Shown: positions 46,801 through 54,290 of the stretch, piece after piece | Numbering within the stretch: position 1 is the first letter of the stretch | How the letters are laid out: each line of letters begins with the position of its first letter | Assembly (NCBI GenBank): GCA_944348085.1 | Contig: CALVMU010000002.1 | Coordinates: 4,461-68,460, forward strand | Source: an uncultured Clostridia bacterium | GTDB lineage: Bacteria > Bacillota > Clostridia > Christensenellales > UBA1242 | Reading direction: 5' to 3' | DNA: 64,000 nucleotides | Translations under genes and position numbers: made by a program | Notes under the pieces: model-generated | The model's input: only the letters and a program-made list of their open reading frames with translations | Databases searched by the model: none | What the model was told of the DNA's origin: nothing

Positions 46801-47071
46801 CAACAAAGCTTACATTTCCGTCAAGGTCAACACGAGCAACCTCTTCATTTGTGCTTGCCCACATCACCTCTTGATTGGTTGCATTGCTTGGATAAATGGT
46901 TGCGTTTAGCGAAATTTTTTCATCAATATTTGCTGTGATAGAAGATTTGTCAAGCTCAATCCTGTCAACAGCAATAGAAACATTGCCGATGACAACATCG
47001 ACTGTGAAGTTGACCAAAATAATGATTACAAGTGGGATTGCCACCATTAAAAATATCATCAGTTTCTTCAT
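40823..47071 (-). CDS. Giant surface protein (2082 aa): N-terminal signal-anchor, ~20 Big_2 (bacterial Ig-like group 2) domains, C-terminal right-handed beta-helix-like domain
   Basis: Repeated P.(N/D)ATN(K/Q).V.(W/F).S.....A.V...G.V....G...I.A...DG signature. The C-terminal ~450 aa have pectin-lyase-fold-like repeats (NVTLRGTSF..., IYNTTIENAF..., FKGCTIRNSY..., VEDCIFARS). The ATG overlaps the permease stop (ATGA). Confidence 0.85.
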   Translation of the reverse strand: MKKLMIFLMVAIPLVIIILVNFTVDVVIGNVSIAVDRIELDKSSITANIDEKISLNATIYPSNATNQEVMWASTNEEVARVDLDGNVSFVGFGNGYITATTADGNKMASCYFYVTDTVVHQVVLSTPKSEIHVGTEVQLSVQVLPNEAENKNVTFVSSDDKIAKVDQNGLVTGLKVGYVTITAISDDGGYTDFVNLAVINPVSDIILSTDYAITAEETYSIGYQIYPSNATNTNVTFTVDDPTVASVNSLGQVTFLKAGQVNVTLTTVDGGYSKTMTIVYTAGYAQSLSLERYSINAKIGDAAQVIEYTTTPSYLTKTEVTFSSSNSEVAYVSNGYLYFVGGGNATITAKVERAENDFITQTIVVYVESPATGILINDIVTAEKSVQLSPTSFPSNSTNNRFFYHSNSSLASVDQSGLVTFLTDNPTTVEITIFANSDYSDISTTISIEYTAGKAKSFAPVQDSITIDYGETASIEYEIFPTNASTREIQVSVLSQTNNSGSGDVIEILSDGTIRGIGGGKAQIEVALTLLGGERQVHTIDVEVLREAEEITISVDLDMQDGAYVTAENTVSFDYQVLPLDATNKSVSWSVDDKSMAVILGQSLRFNQTGTVTLIGTTTSGHSQQVQIRYTGSYPISAEIGALDGESIKDIPEQIAVGESFTVALKSIFPTNTLNKNITLSVSNQSTASHLGRVLDVSGTTVTAVAGGEATLTIYVSTTVVLTYQITVTQDVESISVSPAFIQTTNSSVQLETTVLPIDATNKNVIFEVLTPEIAYIQDGVLYFITDGVAEIIARSEENSDITFSFTIEKIERGVSVVDPTEKSFEMMVGDKVRFDLNSLGIAYSSYDIVLSEEASDGILDILNGTITALASGQTKVVLNLYGEDSMVVASYEIDITVKELVENIVYNGSIEEYNGYLTTAKDTILLDFLALPETATNTSLVYEIVRSYNSNGEAESIAYINSGTLYWTKSGTLSLKVSSADGNSSRTFNLRYTGGDALSANINVDEEISLNVGESIKIEVTSWIPSDTVNKLILIGELSHTSGVNVVSIDNSSYTITALNGGYSQIVVELSNGITKNILINVIKKASSISIANDNIITASDRASINATVLPSTATNKTLAYSLKEDVDWAKLSGNEIVFTCAGTVTVVVSTTDGSNISEEVSVTSTMGYLYSISLSSTERSINKGAAFSLYMTGYLPLDATHKDVTFTILSQTASDGSGQNVISLIQSGNSYLIEGLYGGTAVVRAYSQNSAGELVYQDCTITVNSPVESIDIEFTDELEFYQNYYVTSKNQLSFNEIVYPLDATIRDFTYTISDPNRATVEDGVITFHQIGIVTITFTSADRTNGEKSVSYIFYYAGDTLLEASLNLDGFENRVLNFLAGSEKELVLSNQVPKDNQNVKITISNIVEERVDTSKAVISFENGILKALNGGSATFTLMANNISLGSFTVNVTRDAEEVSVERETVYVSSPGYQISATVLPTDATDKELEYKSNNPSLATVDQYGAVEFSGFGTVVITVSLKSNPSIYKEITIEYTKEIKEFSIKTPSRTEQYVGYSINLYLNILPLDAEGYTLSVKLDNDSVATCIKEKDYYKIIGIAAGQVTVTISVDGTDFSDSITLSFYTKLGDISFELDNENDANGFADYRVFGNKFYINGNYTQYINMVYTTTPSGDYADLIEWTSSNDSVATVNQNGVVTFKGTGVVTITARQIAPFVGANVVSDSYTFYVVDGINVYNSSDYTSVVNLLSSINKDRTDNYTALVLQSNITVPSTHDSNLIGFNIYGNGYMIDFSNYSGYNKMWIEKSNIVIDNVTLRGTSFSGEAALSELEGTGKILYITNHAKNVLIYNTTIENAFILAEVKSAEATFKGCTIRNSYSGGLVISRIEDDSTASVVTVEDCIFARSLFACIQFAPDTSSTLVGYESRLIIKGNLYIYNWLTLDEFQGGTILDFFADYGLAQVGQSIINKIKQRIIEGYPDYKYTYNGKDYYMFGILDIYANVSGLFTFQSNGIIDSSQMNTKFGYVNANITGRLSELTITADYDFSILTFYGSNPYIKPGTTYEGDQVIMAEIIQPRRDDFFGF

Positions 47072-48681
47072 GCTTCTATACTCCTATATCTTTTTTCAAG
47101 TCTAAAGAACAGCCTGAAAACTTCAACCGCCATATATGGCAGACCAAAGCCAAACAGCACAATATAAATGGCTGGAACTGACACAAACATAGACACAACA
47201 ATCGAGCCAATGCCCATAAGCACAGCGATGATAAAGCCAAGAGTTATGCTTGCATTGACATTTGAGTTTGTTGTGGTTATCTCTTTGCCATCTAAAAACA
47301 TAAACTGCGGTTTTTTGATATCAAGCAAAATTGAACTTGCAATTGAGCCAGTAACAATCATGCATACAGCAAGAGCAATCATCATCGCGTTGAAATAAGA
47401 CAAAAATCCTGCAAAAGCAAGCACGAGCGCCGAGATGATGACAGATGGAATTGACACAATCAAATACATCAAAAACTTGACCGTCACCTGTTTGCGATAT
47501 GTGACTGGAATGATTTTTGTATGGAAGAAGTTGCCACCCTCTCTTGTGATTGAAGTTGCAGCAAAACTTGTCCCCATGCTTAAAAACATCAAAAGCACAA
47601 GCACAACAATGCCTGGCAAAATGCCCTCACCCACTTGATCTACACCTATGCTTGAAGCGATTTGGCTTGAGAAGAAAACCATAAGCGGTGTTGTGATGAC
47701 AATTGTCAAATATTGAAAAGCATAGTTGGTTGAGCGGAAAATTGAAAGAAATTCGCGGAAGAAAAGGGCTTTATTTACGCTTCTTTCTTTGATTTGAGCT
47801 TTATTGTGGAAAACTTTTCCGCCATTTTCTGCGTTTGAAAGCAAAATTTTGAGATATGATTTGTTTGCAAAGAAAACCACAATCAAAAACAGAGCTATTG
47901 CAATTGTCAAATTGACAATGGCGCTCGGCCAAAAACGATATAGCAGAAGACTGTTTTTAAACAGCAGCGGCGTATATAAAATGTTTGCCACAAACTTGAT
48001 GTCAAGCACAACCTGCGTTTGCAAAATTGACGAAATGTCGGAGGTGCTGAGAATTTCCATAATAAATCTCAGACCATAGGTGTAGATTGTAAAGCCAAGA
48101 GCTACACAAAGCGTGTAGAGAACAAGCATAACGATAAACTTGTTTTTCAAATAGCCCACAACATACATGGCAGGAATTGAAAGCAAAACGCCAAGCAAGA
48201 AAGGAATCACTGGAAAGAAAATTATGTTTGGCAACAGCATAACATAGAAAATTGCGCTTTGCATTGTTTGAATGCCATACAAAATAAACACTGGCAAAGT
48301 GAGAAAGGTTGTAAAAATAAATTCATAGATGAAAAGATATGTAAGTTTTGCAAGAAAAATCATCTTTCCATTGACTGGAAGTTTGAGAAGGTCTGAGTCT
48401 GAGTTGTAAAAAAGGGTTTTGGTTGTAAGGCTAAGTCCAAAAAATAGTTGGACAAGTTGAACAAGTGCGGTGTAGTAGACAATAAACTCTTGTTCAAGCT
48501 CTGCTTGAAGGCAGATTGAAATAAGGCTGTTGAAAACATACAAAAGTCCGCCACCAACGGCAACAATTGCAAGGATGATTATGAGATATTTGATGATTTT
48601 GGAAAAATAATGCCCCTTCACCCTGTTTTTAGGCGCACGATTCATAAATTCCAGTTTAAGCAGTGTAAGAAATTGTCTCAT
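47068..48681 (-). CDS. Polytopic ABC-2-type exporter permease
   Basis: 537 aa with at least 12 hydrophobic spans. It lies directly downstream of the ABC ATPase. Confidence 0.7.
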   Translation of the reverse strand: MRQFLTLLKLEFMNRAPKNRVKGHYFSKIIKYLIIILAIVAVGGGLLYVFNSLISICLQAELEQEFIVYYTALVQLVQLFFGLSLTTKTLFYNSDSDLLKLPVNGKMIFLAKLTYLFIYEFIFTTFLTLPVFILYGIQTMQSAIFYVMLLPNIIFFPVIPFLLGVLLSIPAMYVVGYLKNKFIVMLVLYTLCVALGFTIYTYGLRFIMEILSTSDISSILQTQVVLDIKFVANILYTPLLFKNSLLLYRFWPSAIVNLTIAIALFLIVVFFANKSYLKILLSNAENGGKVFHNKAQIKERSVNKALFFREFLSIFRSTNYAFQYLTIVITTPLMVFFSSQIASSIGVDQVGEGILPGIVVLVLLMFLSMGTSFAATSITREGGNFFHTKIIPVTYRKQVTVKFLMYLIVSIPSVIISALVLAFAGFLSYFNAMMIALAVCMIVTGSIASSILLDIKKPQFMFLDGKEITTTNSNVNASITLGFIIAVLMGIGSIVVSMFVSVPAIYIVLFGFGLPYMAVEVFRLFFRLEKRYRSIEA

Positions 48682-48711
48682 CTTTCCCCTTTTTCGACTT
48701 TTGTGATTTTT

Positions 48712-49800
48712 TTAATTACTATCGTCTTCACTTTCTTTTGCTTTTTGAGCGCTGTCATTTTCGACAAGCGTTGAATTCATTTTGCTTTTTAAAATGTTGA
48801 GTTGCTCTTGCACTCTTTTTGAGTATTCTTCGTCAAGCGCTTGAGATTTGCTTTTGCTTGCAGTTTTCAAAGTTTTTATCTCTGCAAGTGTTTGTTTTTT
48901 GATTTGATTTTTTTGTTCTTTTATCTTTCGCTCTTCTTCTTTTTTAATTTTGTTTGCAATCTCTTTCTGAGTTTTCTCTTCTTTCGCCTTTTCAGCCTTT
49001 TGCTGTTTCACTTTTGCTTTTTCAGCTTTAAGGCGCTCTCTCTTCTCTTTTTTATCTTCAAATTTGATGACCTTTGCTTTGCTTTCTTTGGTCATGTTCA
49101 AGAAATATGTTTCAAGTGGCACATCGCTTTCTTTCATAAACTTTTTGACATCAATGATTTCCATAAGCTGTCCGCGGTTCATGATTGCAACGCGGTCGCA
49201 AAGTTTTTCAACCATATCAATGTTGTGTGATGAGAAGAAAACACAATTGCCCTGTTTTTTATGCTCTTTCATATATTCTCTGATTTCAAAAGTGCTTTGA
49301 GGGTCAAGTCCCATCAGAGGTTCGTCAAGCACCCAAAATTTTGGATTATGTATCAGCGCTGCAATAATGCAGATTTTTTGTTTCATTCCGTGAGAATAAG
49401 AGCGGATTTGATTGTCGATTGCATGGCTCATACTGAAAAGGTTTGCAAATTTTTCAATTCTCTCTTCAATAAGTTCTTTTGGCACGCGATAGATGTTGCC
49501 CATATAATTTACATATTCTCGTCCGGTCAAGTTTTCGTAAACTGCGTGGTTGTCAGGAACATAGCCAATGTTGAGCTTTGCCTCTATAGGATTTTTTTGT
49601 ATGTCATAACCACAAACCTTTATCGTGCCTTCGTCGAAAGGCAAAATCCCTGTAAGACATTTTATGGTTGTGCTTTTGCCTGCGCCATTTTTGCCCAAAA
49701 AGCCAAAAATCTCACCCTCTTTGAGAGTAAGATTTAAATCTTTGACAGAATAAAAGTTTGAATTTTTGTATCTTTTGGTAAGCCCAACAATCTCTAACAT
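48712..49800 (-). CDS. ABC transporter ATP-binding protein (ABC-2/DrrA-like) with ~125-aa Lys/Glu-rich C-terminal tail
   Basis: Walker A GKNGAGKSTT, signature SHGMKQK, Walker B WVLDEPLMGLD, H-loop SSHN. Start trimmed to MLEIVGL (ATG 49800) because the predicted promoter overlaps the longer ORF. Confidence 0.88.
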   Translation of the reverse strand: MLEIVGLTKRYKNSNFYSVKDLNLTLKEGEIFGFLGKNGAGKSTTIKCLTGILPFDEGTIKVCGYDIQKNPIEAKLNIGYVPDNHAVYENLTGREYVNYMGNIYRVPKELIEERIEKFANLFSMSHAIDNQIRSYSHGMKQKICIIAALIHNPKFWVLDEPLMGLDPQSTFEIREYMKEHKKQGNCVFFSSHNIDMVEKLCDRVAIMNRGQLMEIIDVKKFMKESDVPLETYFLNMTKESKAKVIKFEDKKEKRERLKAEKAKVKQQKAEKAKEEKTQKEIANKIKKEEERKIKEQKNQIKKQTLAEIKTLKTASKSKSQALDEEYSKRVQEQLNILKSKMNSTLVENDSAQKAKESEDDSN

Positions 49801-49825
49801 TTCGCCCTCGCATTTTTCCAAACAA

Positions 49826-49854
49826 ATTTTAGCATAGAAGCGCAAAAATGTCAA
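49826..49854 (-). promoter_or_regulatory. Promoter of the ABC / giant-adhesin operon
   Basis: The minus strand has TTGACA, a 17-nt spacer and TGcTAAAAT. Confidence 0.55.
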
Positions 49855-49944
49855 TAGATAATATTTTTTATTAACATATTATATATTTTTTAAGTTACTT
49901 TTAAGTCTCATGAAAATTTAATTACAAATTATTAAAATACCCTA

Positions 49945-49972
49945 TTGACTATATCAAAAAAGTGGTTATAAT
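49945..49972 (+). promoter_or_regulatory. Candidate promoter of the 591-aa gene
   Basis: TTGACT, a 16-nt spacer and TATAAT, 22 nt upstream of the ATG at 49995. Confidence 0.5.
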
Positions 49973-49994
49973 AAAATTAAAAGAGGGAATACAA

Positions 49995-51770
49995 ATGAAA
50001 AAACCAAAGCACACACAATTTAAAGATTTCAATAATTTTAACTATGGACTGAAAAATTTTACTTATTACAGAAATTTGTCACAAGAAGAAAAAAGAGCTT
50101 TTGTAAATGATTGGCATAATATAGCACTGCACCCTATTTTAGATTGCGATAACTCATGGCTTATATTTTTTGAGAACATGACAGAGCGTGAGTTTTTTGA
50201 CAACATTTCAAACCAACCAATTCTTTGCGCAATTCAATTTCAAAATGATGAAATTAAAAAGAAAATAAAAAGGGTTGAAAATAGAATATTGAAATATCGA
50301 CCTGTTACCGAAAATAACGCAAAAAAAGTTGAAAAACTTGAAAAAAAGCTTAAAAAACTTCAAAATGACCTGAAAATATCAGAAATTAACTATCAAAAAG
50401 TGGAAAATAACAAAAGGCTTTGTATCGCTATTGATGCAAACAGCATGAGCGAGAAATATGTTGATAAGGTTATAAAACTTTTCAACAAACTTTATCAAAG
50501 CGGAGTAAAAGAGTTAAAAATTTTAGTGGCTTCTTCTGATAAATCAAAAGACTCCAAGATAGAATATTACTATAATAACGAACAACTTAGCGCTCTAGAA
50601 AGGCTTAATGATCAACTTGATTTTTACAACAAAACAAGCAAAATAAAAAATGGTTGCCAACTTAAATTTTCAGAGCTTTTCAACAATCCTTGTGATATTT
50701 TGGAGTATCAAGAACTTTGGAATTTTGAGCATGTGAAAAATGTAAATAATTTTATTGAAGAGATGCGCATCACAATCAAAAACAAAAAACTCTCACCGCT
50801 TGAAGCTGTTCTTTTTATTTATCAATCAATTTCTAATTCTTTTTACTATAATGATCTTGACAACTTAACAGATGCTGATCATACCATTATCGGAGCTCTA
50901 TCTGAAAAGCAACTTATCACTTGTGGCGGCTTTGCATCATTTTTTAAAATTGCAGTAGATGTGCTTGAAGAGCCAAATTTGAAAGCAAAATTTATTTCCA
51001 CACTTGATTGCATCAGTCAAGATGAACATTCATTCAACACTTTATCAATCCATGATAAAAAATATTTGAATAAGGGCGGCACTTATATTATTGATCTTAC
51101 TTGTGACACAGGCGGACTAGATGATGAAGTATTTGGATTTTCAGGTTTTCTGGCAAAGATGAAAGATCTGATTAATGAGCCCAATAGATTGTCATTGATA
51201 ACAAACAACAAATCAAGAATTGATGAAATATTCTATGATTTTGACGTAAATATGCGTGAAATGCATGGGCAGATGCGAAACAAAGATTCTGAAAAACTTT
51301 TAATTGATATATACAAAAAATTTGAAAAGCAAACCAAACAAATTGAAAAAATCGATAGCGAAAGCGAAAACATAGGTTATTTTACAATCATAAAAGCATA
51401 TTTAAATATGCTTGAAAAACTAGGCATTCCTTACACTGCAAGCGAACTTGAATGCATTATTCAACAAACTTGCCTTAATATTCTTTTCACTTATCCAAAA
51501 GGCACAACAACATCATGGCTAAACCTTTTAAATCTTGAAAAATTTAAAAGCAAATTCGGTGAAGGCTGTTTTATTGAGACAAACAGCTCGCTGAAAAATT
51601 TTGCTAAAGACAAAATTTCAAGAACAATATTAAATCAAAGAAATTGTGATGAAATTGCAGATTATGCAATTATAGGACACGGCAAAGAGTGTTTCACAAA
51701 AGAGTATTTTGACCTTTTAAAATATGTTTCAGAAAGAGCGAAAAATCAATATAAACATTCTGAAAAATAA
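49995..51770 (+). CDS. Hypothetical protein with a possible transglutaminase-like (papain-fold) core
   Basis: Start trimmed to MKKPKHTQF. The central segment is LITCGGFASFF...(about 40 aa)...DEHSFNTLSI...GGTYIIDLTCD. Its Cys/His/Asp spacing and context resemble the transglutaminase-like superfamily (GxCxxFA ... H ... D.T). Confidence 0.4.
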   Translation: MKKPKHTQFKDFNNFNYGLKNFTYYRNLSQEEKRAFVNDWHNIALHPILDCDNSWLIFFENMTEREFFDNISNQPILCAIQFQNDEIKKKIKRVENRILKYRPVTENNAKKVEKLEKKLKKLQNDLKISEINYQKVENNKRLCIAIDANSMSEKYVDKVIKLFNKLYQSGVKELKILVASSDKSKDSKIEYYYNNEQLSALERLNDQLDFYNKTSKIKNGCQLKFSELFNNPCDILEYQELWNFEHVKNVNNFIEEMRITIKNKKLSPLEAVLFIYQSISNSFYYNDLDNLTDADHTIIGALSEKQLITCGGFASFFKIAVDVLEEPNLKAKFISTLDCISQDEHSFNTLSIHDKKYLNKGGTYIIDLTCDTGGLDDEVFGFSGFLAKMKDLINEPNRLSLITNNKSRIDEIFYDFDVNMREMHGQMRNKDSEKLLIDIYKKFEKQTKQIEKIDSESENIGYFTIIKAYLNMLEKLGIPYTASELECIIQQTCLNILFTYPKGTTTSWLNLLNLEKFKSKFGEGCFIETNSSLKNFAKDKISRTILNQRNCDEIADYAIIGHGKECFTKEYFDLLKYVSERAKNQYKHSEK

Positions 51771-51810
51771 CAAAATAAAAAAATTGATAAAATTATGACG
51801 CGAATATAAC

Positions 51811-51842
51811 AAAAAAACGATGATTATTCATCGTTTTTTTTA
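51811..51842. terminator. Bidirectional terminator shared by convergent genes; overlaps the murC stop codon
   Basis: A-run, AACGATGA-TTAT-TCATCGTT, T-run. Confidence 0.6.
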
Positions 51843-53185
51843 AATCTATAAGCAAGAGAGACAATATCTCCTGCCCCCATGATCAGAAAAACCTTATCTT
51901 TGTCAGCAGTCTTATTGATAAAAGAATAGCATTTATCAAAATTTGAGAAATAACGCACGACACCGTTGTATTTTGCAATCCCTTTTGCCAAAAACTTTGA
52001 GGTTATCTTTGGAATTGGTTTTTCTCGCGCTGGATAAACTGGAAGAAGCCAAACTTCGTCGCTTTCAATAAAGGCGCGACAAAACTCATAATACAAATCT
52101 CGCGTTCGAGTGAAGGTGTGAGGTTGAAAGATTGAAATGATGTGCTTGTTTTCGCTTTCTTTGACCGCTTTGATTGTCGCGATTATTTCATCTGGATGAT
52201 GAGCGTAATCATGAATAATCTCCGCCCCTTTAACCTTTCCAACAAGCTCAAGCCTGCGCTCAACGCCTTCAAAACTTTCAAGTGCGTCTTTGATTATTTG
52301 CAAAGAAATTCCAGAGGCAATGCCAACTGCAATGGTTGCAAGCGCGTTATAGACATTGTGCGCGCCAAGAGCTCTTAATCTGACCTTACCAAAATTGAGC
52401 CCTAAAAACAAAAGCTCAAAAGTCTCAAATCCATCTTCCCGTTTGATATTTATTGCTTGAAGGTCAGCCCTGCTTTTGATAGCATAAGAAAAGCGGTTGA
52501 TAAATTTGAGTCTTCGCGCAAACAAATCATCATAATTTACAATCAAAACACCGTCTTTTTTGATGTTTTTTGCAAATTTTTCAAAAGATTTATAATAATT
52601 TTCATTGTTTTTAAAATAATCGAGATGGTCTGGGTCTTCATTTAAAACAACAGCAATGTCGCTCGAAAGGTGCAAAAAGCTGTCTTTATACTCACATGCC
52701 TCGGTGATGAAATATTTGCTTTTGCCAAGCCTTACATTGCCGTCAAGCTCTTTCATAATGCCACCAACATGAATTGTTGGGTCTTTGCCAGAGACTACAA
52801 AAAGATGCCCTATCATTGACGAGACCGTCGTCTTGCCATGACTGCCAGCAACTGAAATTGTGTAATACTGTCTTGAAAAATAGCCCAAAAGTTCGGCACG
52901 CGAGCACACCCTTTTCTTCAGCGTGCGTGCATAAAGCATTTCTGTGTCATCCTTTGCAATTGCACTTGTGTAAACAACAAGATCTGCCTTTTCAATCAGC
53001 GTTTTGTCCATCTCTTGCACAACCCGAACGCCCTTCTCTTCCAGTTTTTGTGTCAACGATGAGGGCACTTTGTCCGAACCTGTGACAAGCTTGCCCTTTG
53101 CCTGCAAAATAACAGCAAGAGCGGAAAGTGAAATTCCGCCAATGCCGATGATATGTATGCGTTTTACTTCTTCCAAAAAGTCCAT
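51824..53185 (-). CDS. murC: UDP-N-acetylmuramate--L-alanine ligase
   Basis: IHIIGIGGISLSALA..., the Mur ligase P-loop VAGSHGKTT, and overall MurC length and order. Confidence 0.92.
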   Translation of the reverse strand: MDFLEEVKRIHIIGIGGISLSALAVILQAKGKLVTGSDKVPSSLTQKLEEKGVRVVQEMDKTLIEKADLVVYTSAIAKDDTEMLYARTLKKRVCSRAELLGYFSRQYYTISVAGSHGKTTVSSMIGHLFVVSGKDPTIHVGGIMKELDGNVRLGKSKYFITEACEYKDSFLHLSSDIAVVLNEDPDHLDYFKNNENYYKSFEKFAKNIKKDGVLIVNYDDLFARRLKFINRFSYAIKSRADLQAINIKREDGFETFELLFLGLNFGKVRLRALGAHNVYNALATIAVGIASGISLQIIKDALESFEGVERRLELVGKVKGAEIIHDYAHHPDEIIATIKAVKESENKHIISIFQPHTFTRTRDLYYEFCRAFIESDEVWLLPVYPAREKPIPKITSKFLAKGIAKYNGVVRYFSNFDKCYSFINKTADKDKVFLIMGAGDIVSLAYRFKKNDE

Positions 53186-53261
53186 ATAACACTATATGTC
53201 GAGCAAACGACAAAAGTTTCAATTAAGTGTCATCAAAAAAAAATTTTTCATATATTTGACT

Positions 53262-54125
53262 ATGATTATTTTAGATGAGCCTCTTGCAAGCATAACAAGT
53301 GTTGGTATAGGCGGAAAATGCAACAAAATTTATATGCCTGAGAGTGAGGAAGAACTTGTCAGTCTTTTAAGCTCACTCGAGGCAAATGGCGAAGAGTTTA
53401 AGGTTATAGGCAATGGCACAAATTTGCTGTTTAGCGATAACTTTCATCCGTTTTCTGTGATTTCAACACGAAAAATTGCAAAAAAAATGTCAAAAAGAGG
53501 CAATTTTGTCACCTTTTCAGCATCGGCAAGCCTGTTTGAATGTTACAATTTTGCTCTCAAACATTCTTTAAGCGGTTTTGAAAAACTTGCTCATATTCCT
53601 GGAAATATTGGCGGCGCTATTGCCACAGGTGCCAGCTGTTATGGCGCCAGCATTTTTGATAAACTTGAAAAAGTCACCGTCTATCACAATGGAAAAGTGA
53701 AATCGCTAAGCAAAAACAATATCGAAAAAGGTTATCACTCTTCCTTCTTTTTGCAAAATGACTTGAAACATCCTTATGTGATTTTATCTGCAAAATTTTT
53801 GCTTGACAACTGTTTTCAATGCAAAATCAGCCAAGCCTATTTCGACATTGCAAGCAAGCGAAGTTTAAGTCAAGGCCAAGGCAAAAGTTATGGTTGCACT
53901 TTTAAAAACGCCAACGGTCAAAGCGCTGGCATGTTGATTGACAAATGCGGACTTAAAGGTTTAAAACACGGCAATGCACAGATTTCAGAAAAACATGGCA
54001 ATTTTATTATCAACAACGGCAATGCCACTTTTGATGATTTTGAATTTTTGATAGAGAAAATCCAAAAAAGCGTCAAAGACAACTTCAACCTTGACCTTGT
54101 TTTTGATGTCGAAATTGTAAAATAA
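53262..54125 (+). CDS. murB: UDP-N-acetylenolpyruvoylglucosamine reductase
   Basis: EPLASITSVGIGGK..., GNGTNLL, SAGMLIDKCGLKGLKHGNAQISEKHGNFIINNGNAT. The start is uncertain: the ORF is open from ATG 53196, and neither start has a good RBS. Confidence 0.85.
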   Translation: MIILDEPLASITSVGIGGKCNKIYMPESEEELVSLLSSLEANGEEFKVIGNGTNLLFSDNFHPFSVISTRKIAKKMSKRGNFVTFSASASLFECYNFALKHSLSGFEKLAHIPGNIGGAIATGASCYGASIFDKLEKVTVYHNGKVKSLSKNNIEKGYHSSFFLQNDLKHPYVILSAKFLLDNCFQCKISQAYFDIASKRSLSQGQGKSYGCTFKNANGQSAGMLIDKCGLKGLKHGNAQISEKHGNFIINNGNATFDDFEFLIEKIQKSVKDNFNLDLVFDVEIVK

Positions 54126-54139
54126 CTGGAAAATGTCAG

Positions 54140-54268
54140 CAAAAATTTGAAAAAAATTATAAAAAACAAAAAACAAAAAACTCAAACAAAAAAACAAAAA
54201 ATTAATAAAAAAATAAATAGAAATAAAAAATAAAAACAAAAATAAAAATAAAAAATAAAAACAAAAAA
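54140..54268. repeat. About 130 bp of extreme A-rich low-complexity sequence (AAAAAC / AAAAAT-type units) between the convergent murB and era genes
   Basis: Read directly. It consists almost entirely of A-runs interrupted by single C, T or G. Confidence 0.8.
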
Positions 54269-54286
54269 GCAAGCAAACAAGCCTGC
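54262..54286 (-). terminator. Candidate era terminator
   Basis: Minus-strand GCAGGC-UUGUUU-GCUUGC (6 bp including one G-U pair) followed by a long U-rich tract. Confidence 0.4.
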
Positions 54287-54290
54287 ATTT

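Noticed and set aside
20922-49737. Dozens of 60-160-aa ORFs nested in or antisense to the giant surface-protein, helicase, eno, OYE and ABC genes (e.g. 22643..22903, 25970..26368, 27544..27891, 32968..33393, 44931..45173, 49261..49737)
   Set aside because: All lie within long ORFs that have clear domain content. None has a recognisable motif or a convincing RBS.
53918-54272. Minus-strand ORFs 53918..54169 and 53985..54272 (F/L-rich, 83-95 aa)
   Set aside because: They are translations of the poly-A/T low-complexity spacer and of the antisense strand of murB. They are not plausible proteins.
54126-54290. CRISPR array or tandem minisatellite in the A-rich spacer
   Set aside because: There is no repeat-spacer periodicity and no defined unit of 20 bp or more, only irregular A-runs. 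No CRISPR-like array was seen anywhere in the window.
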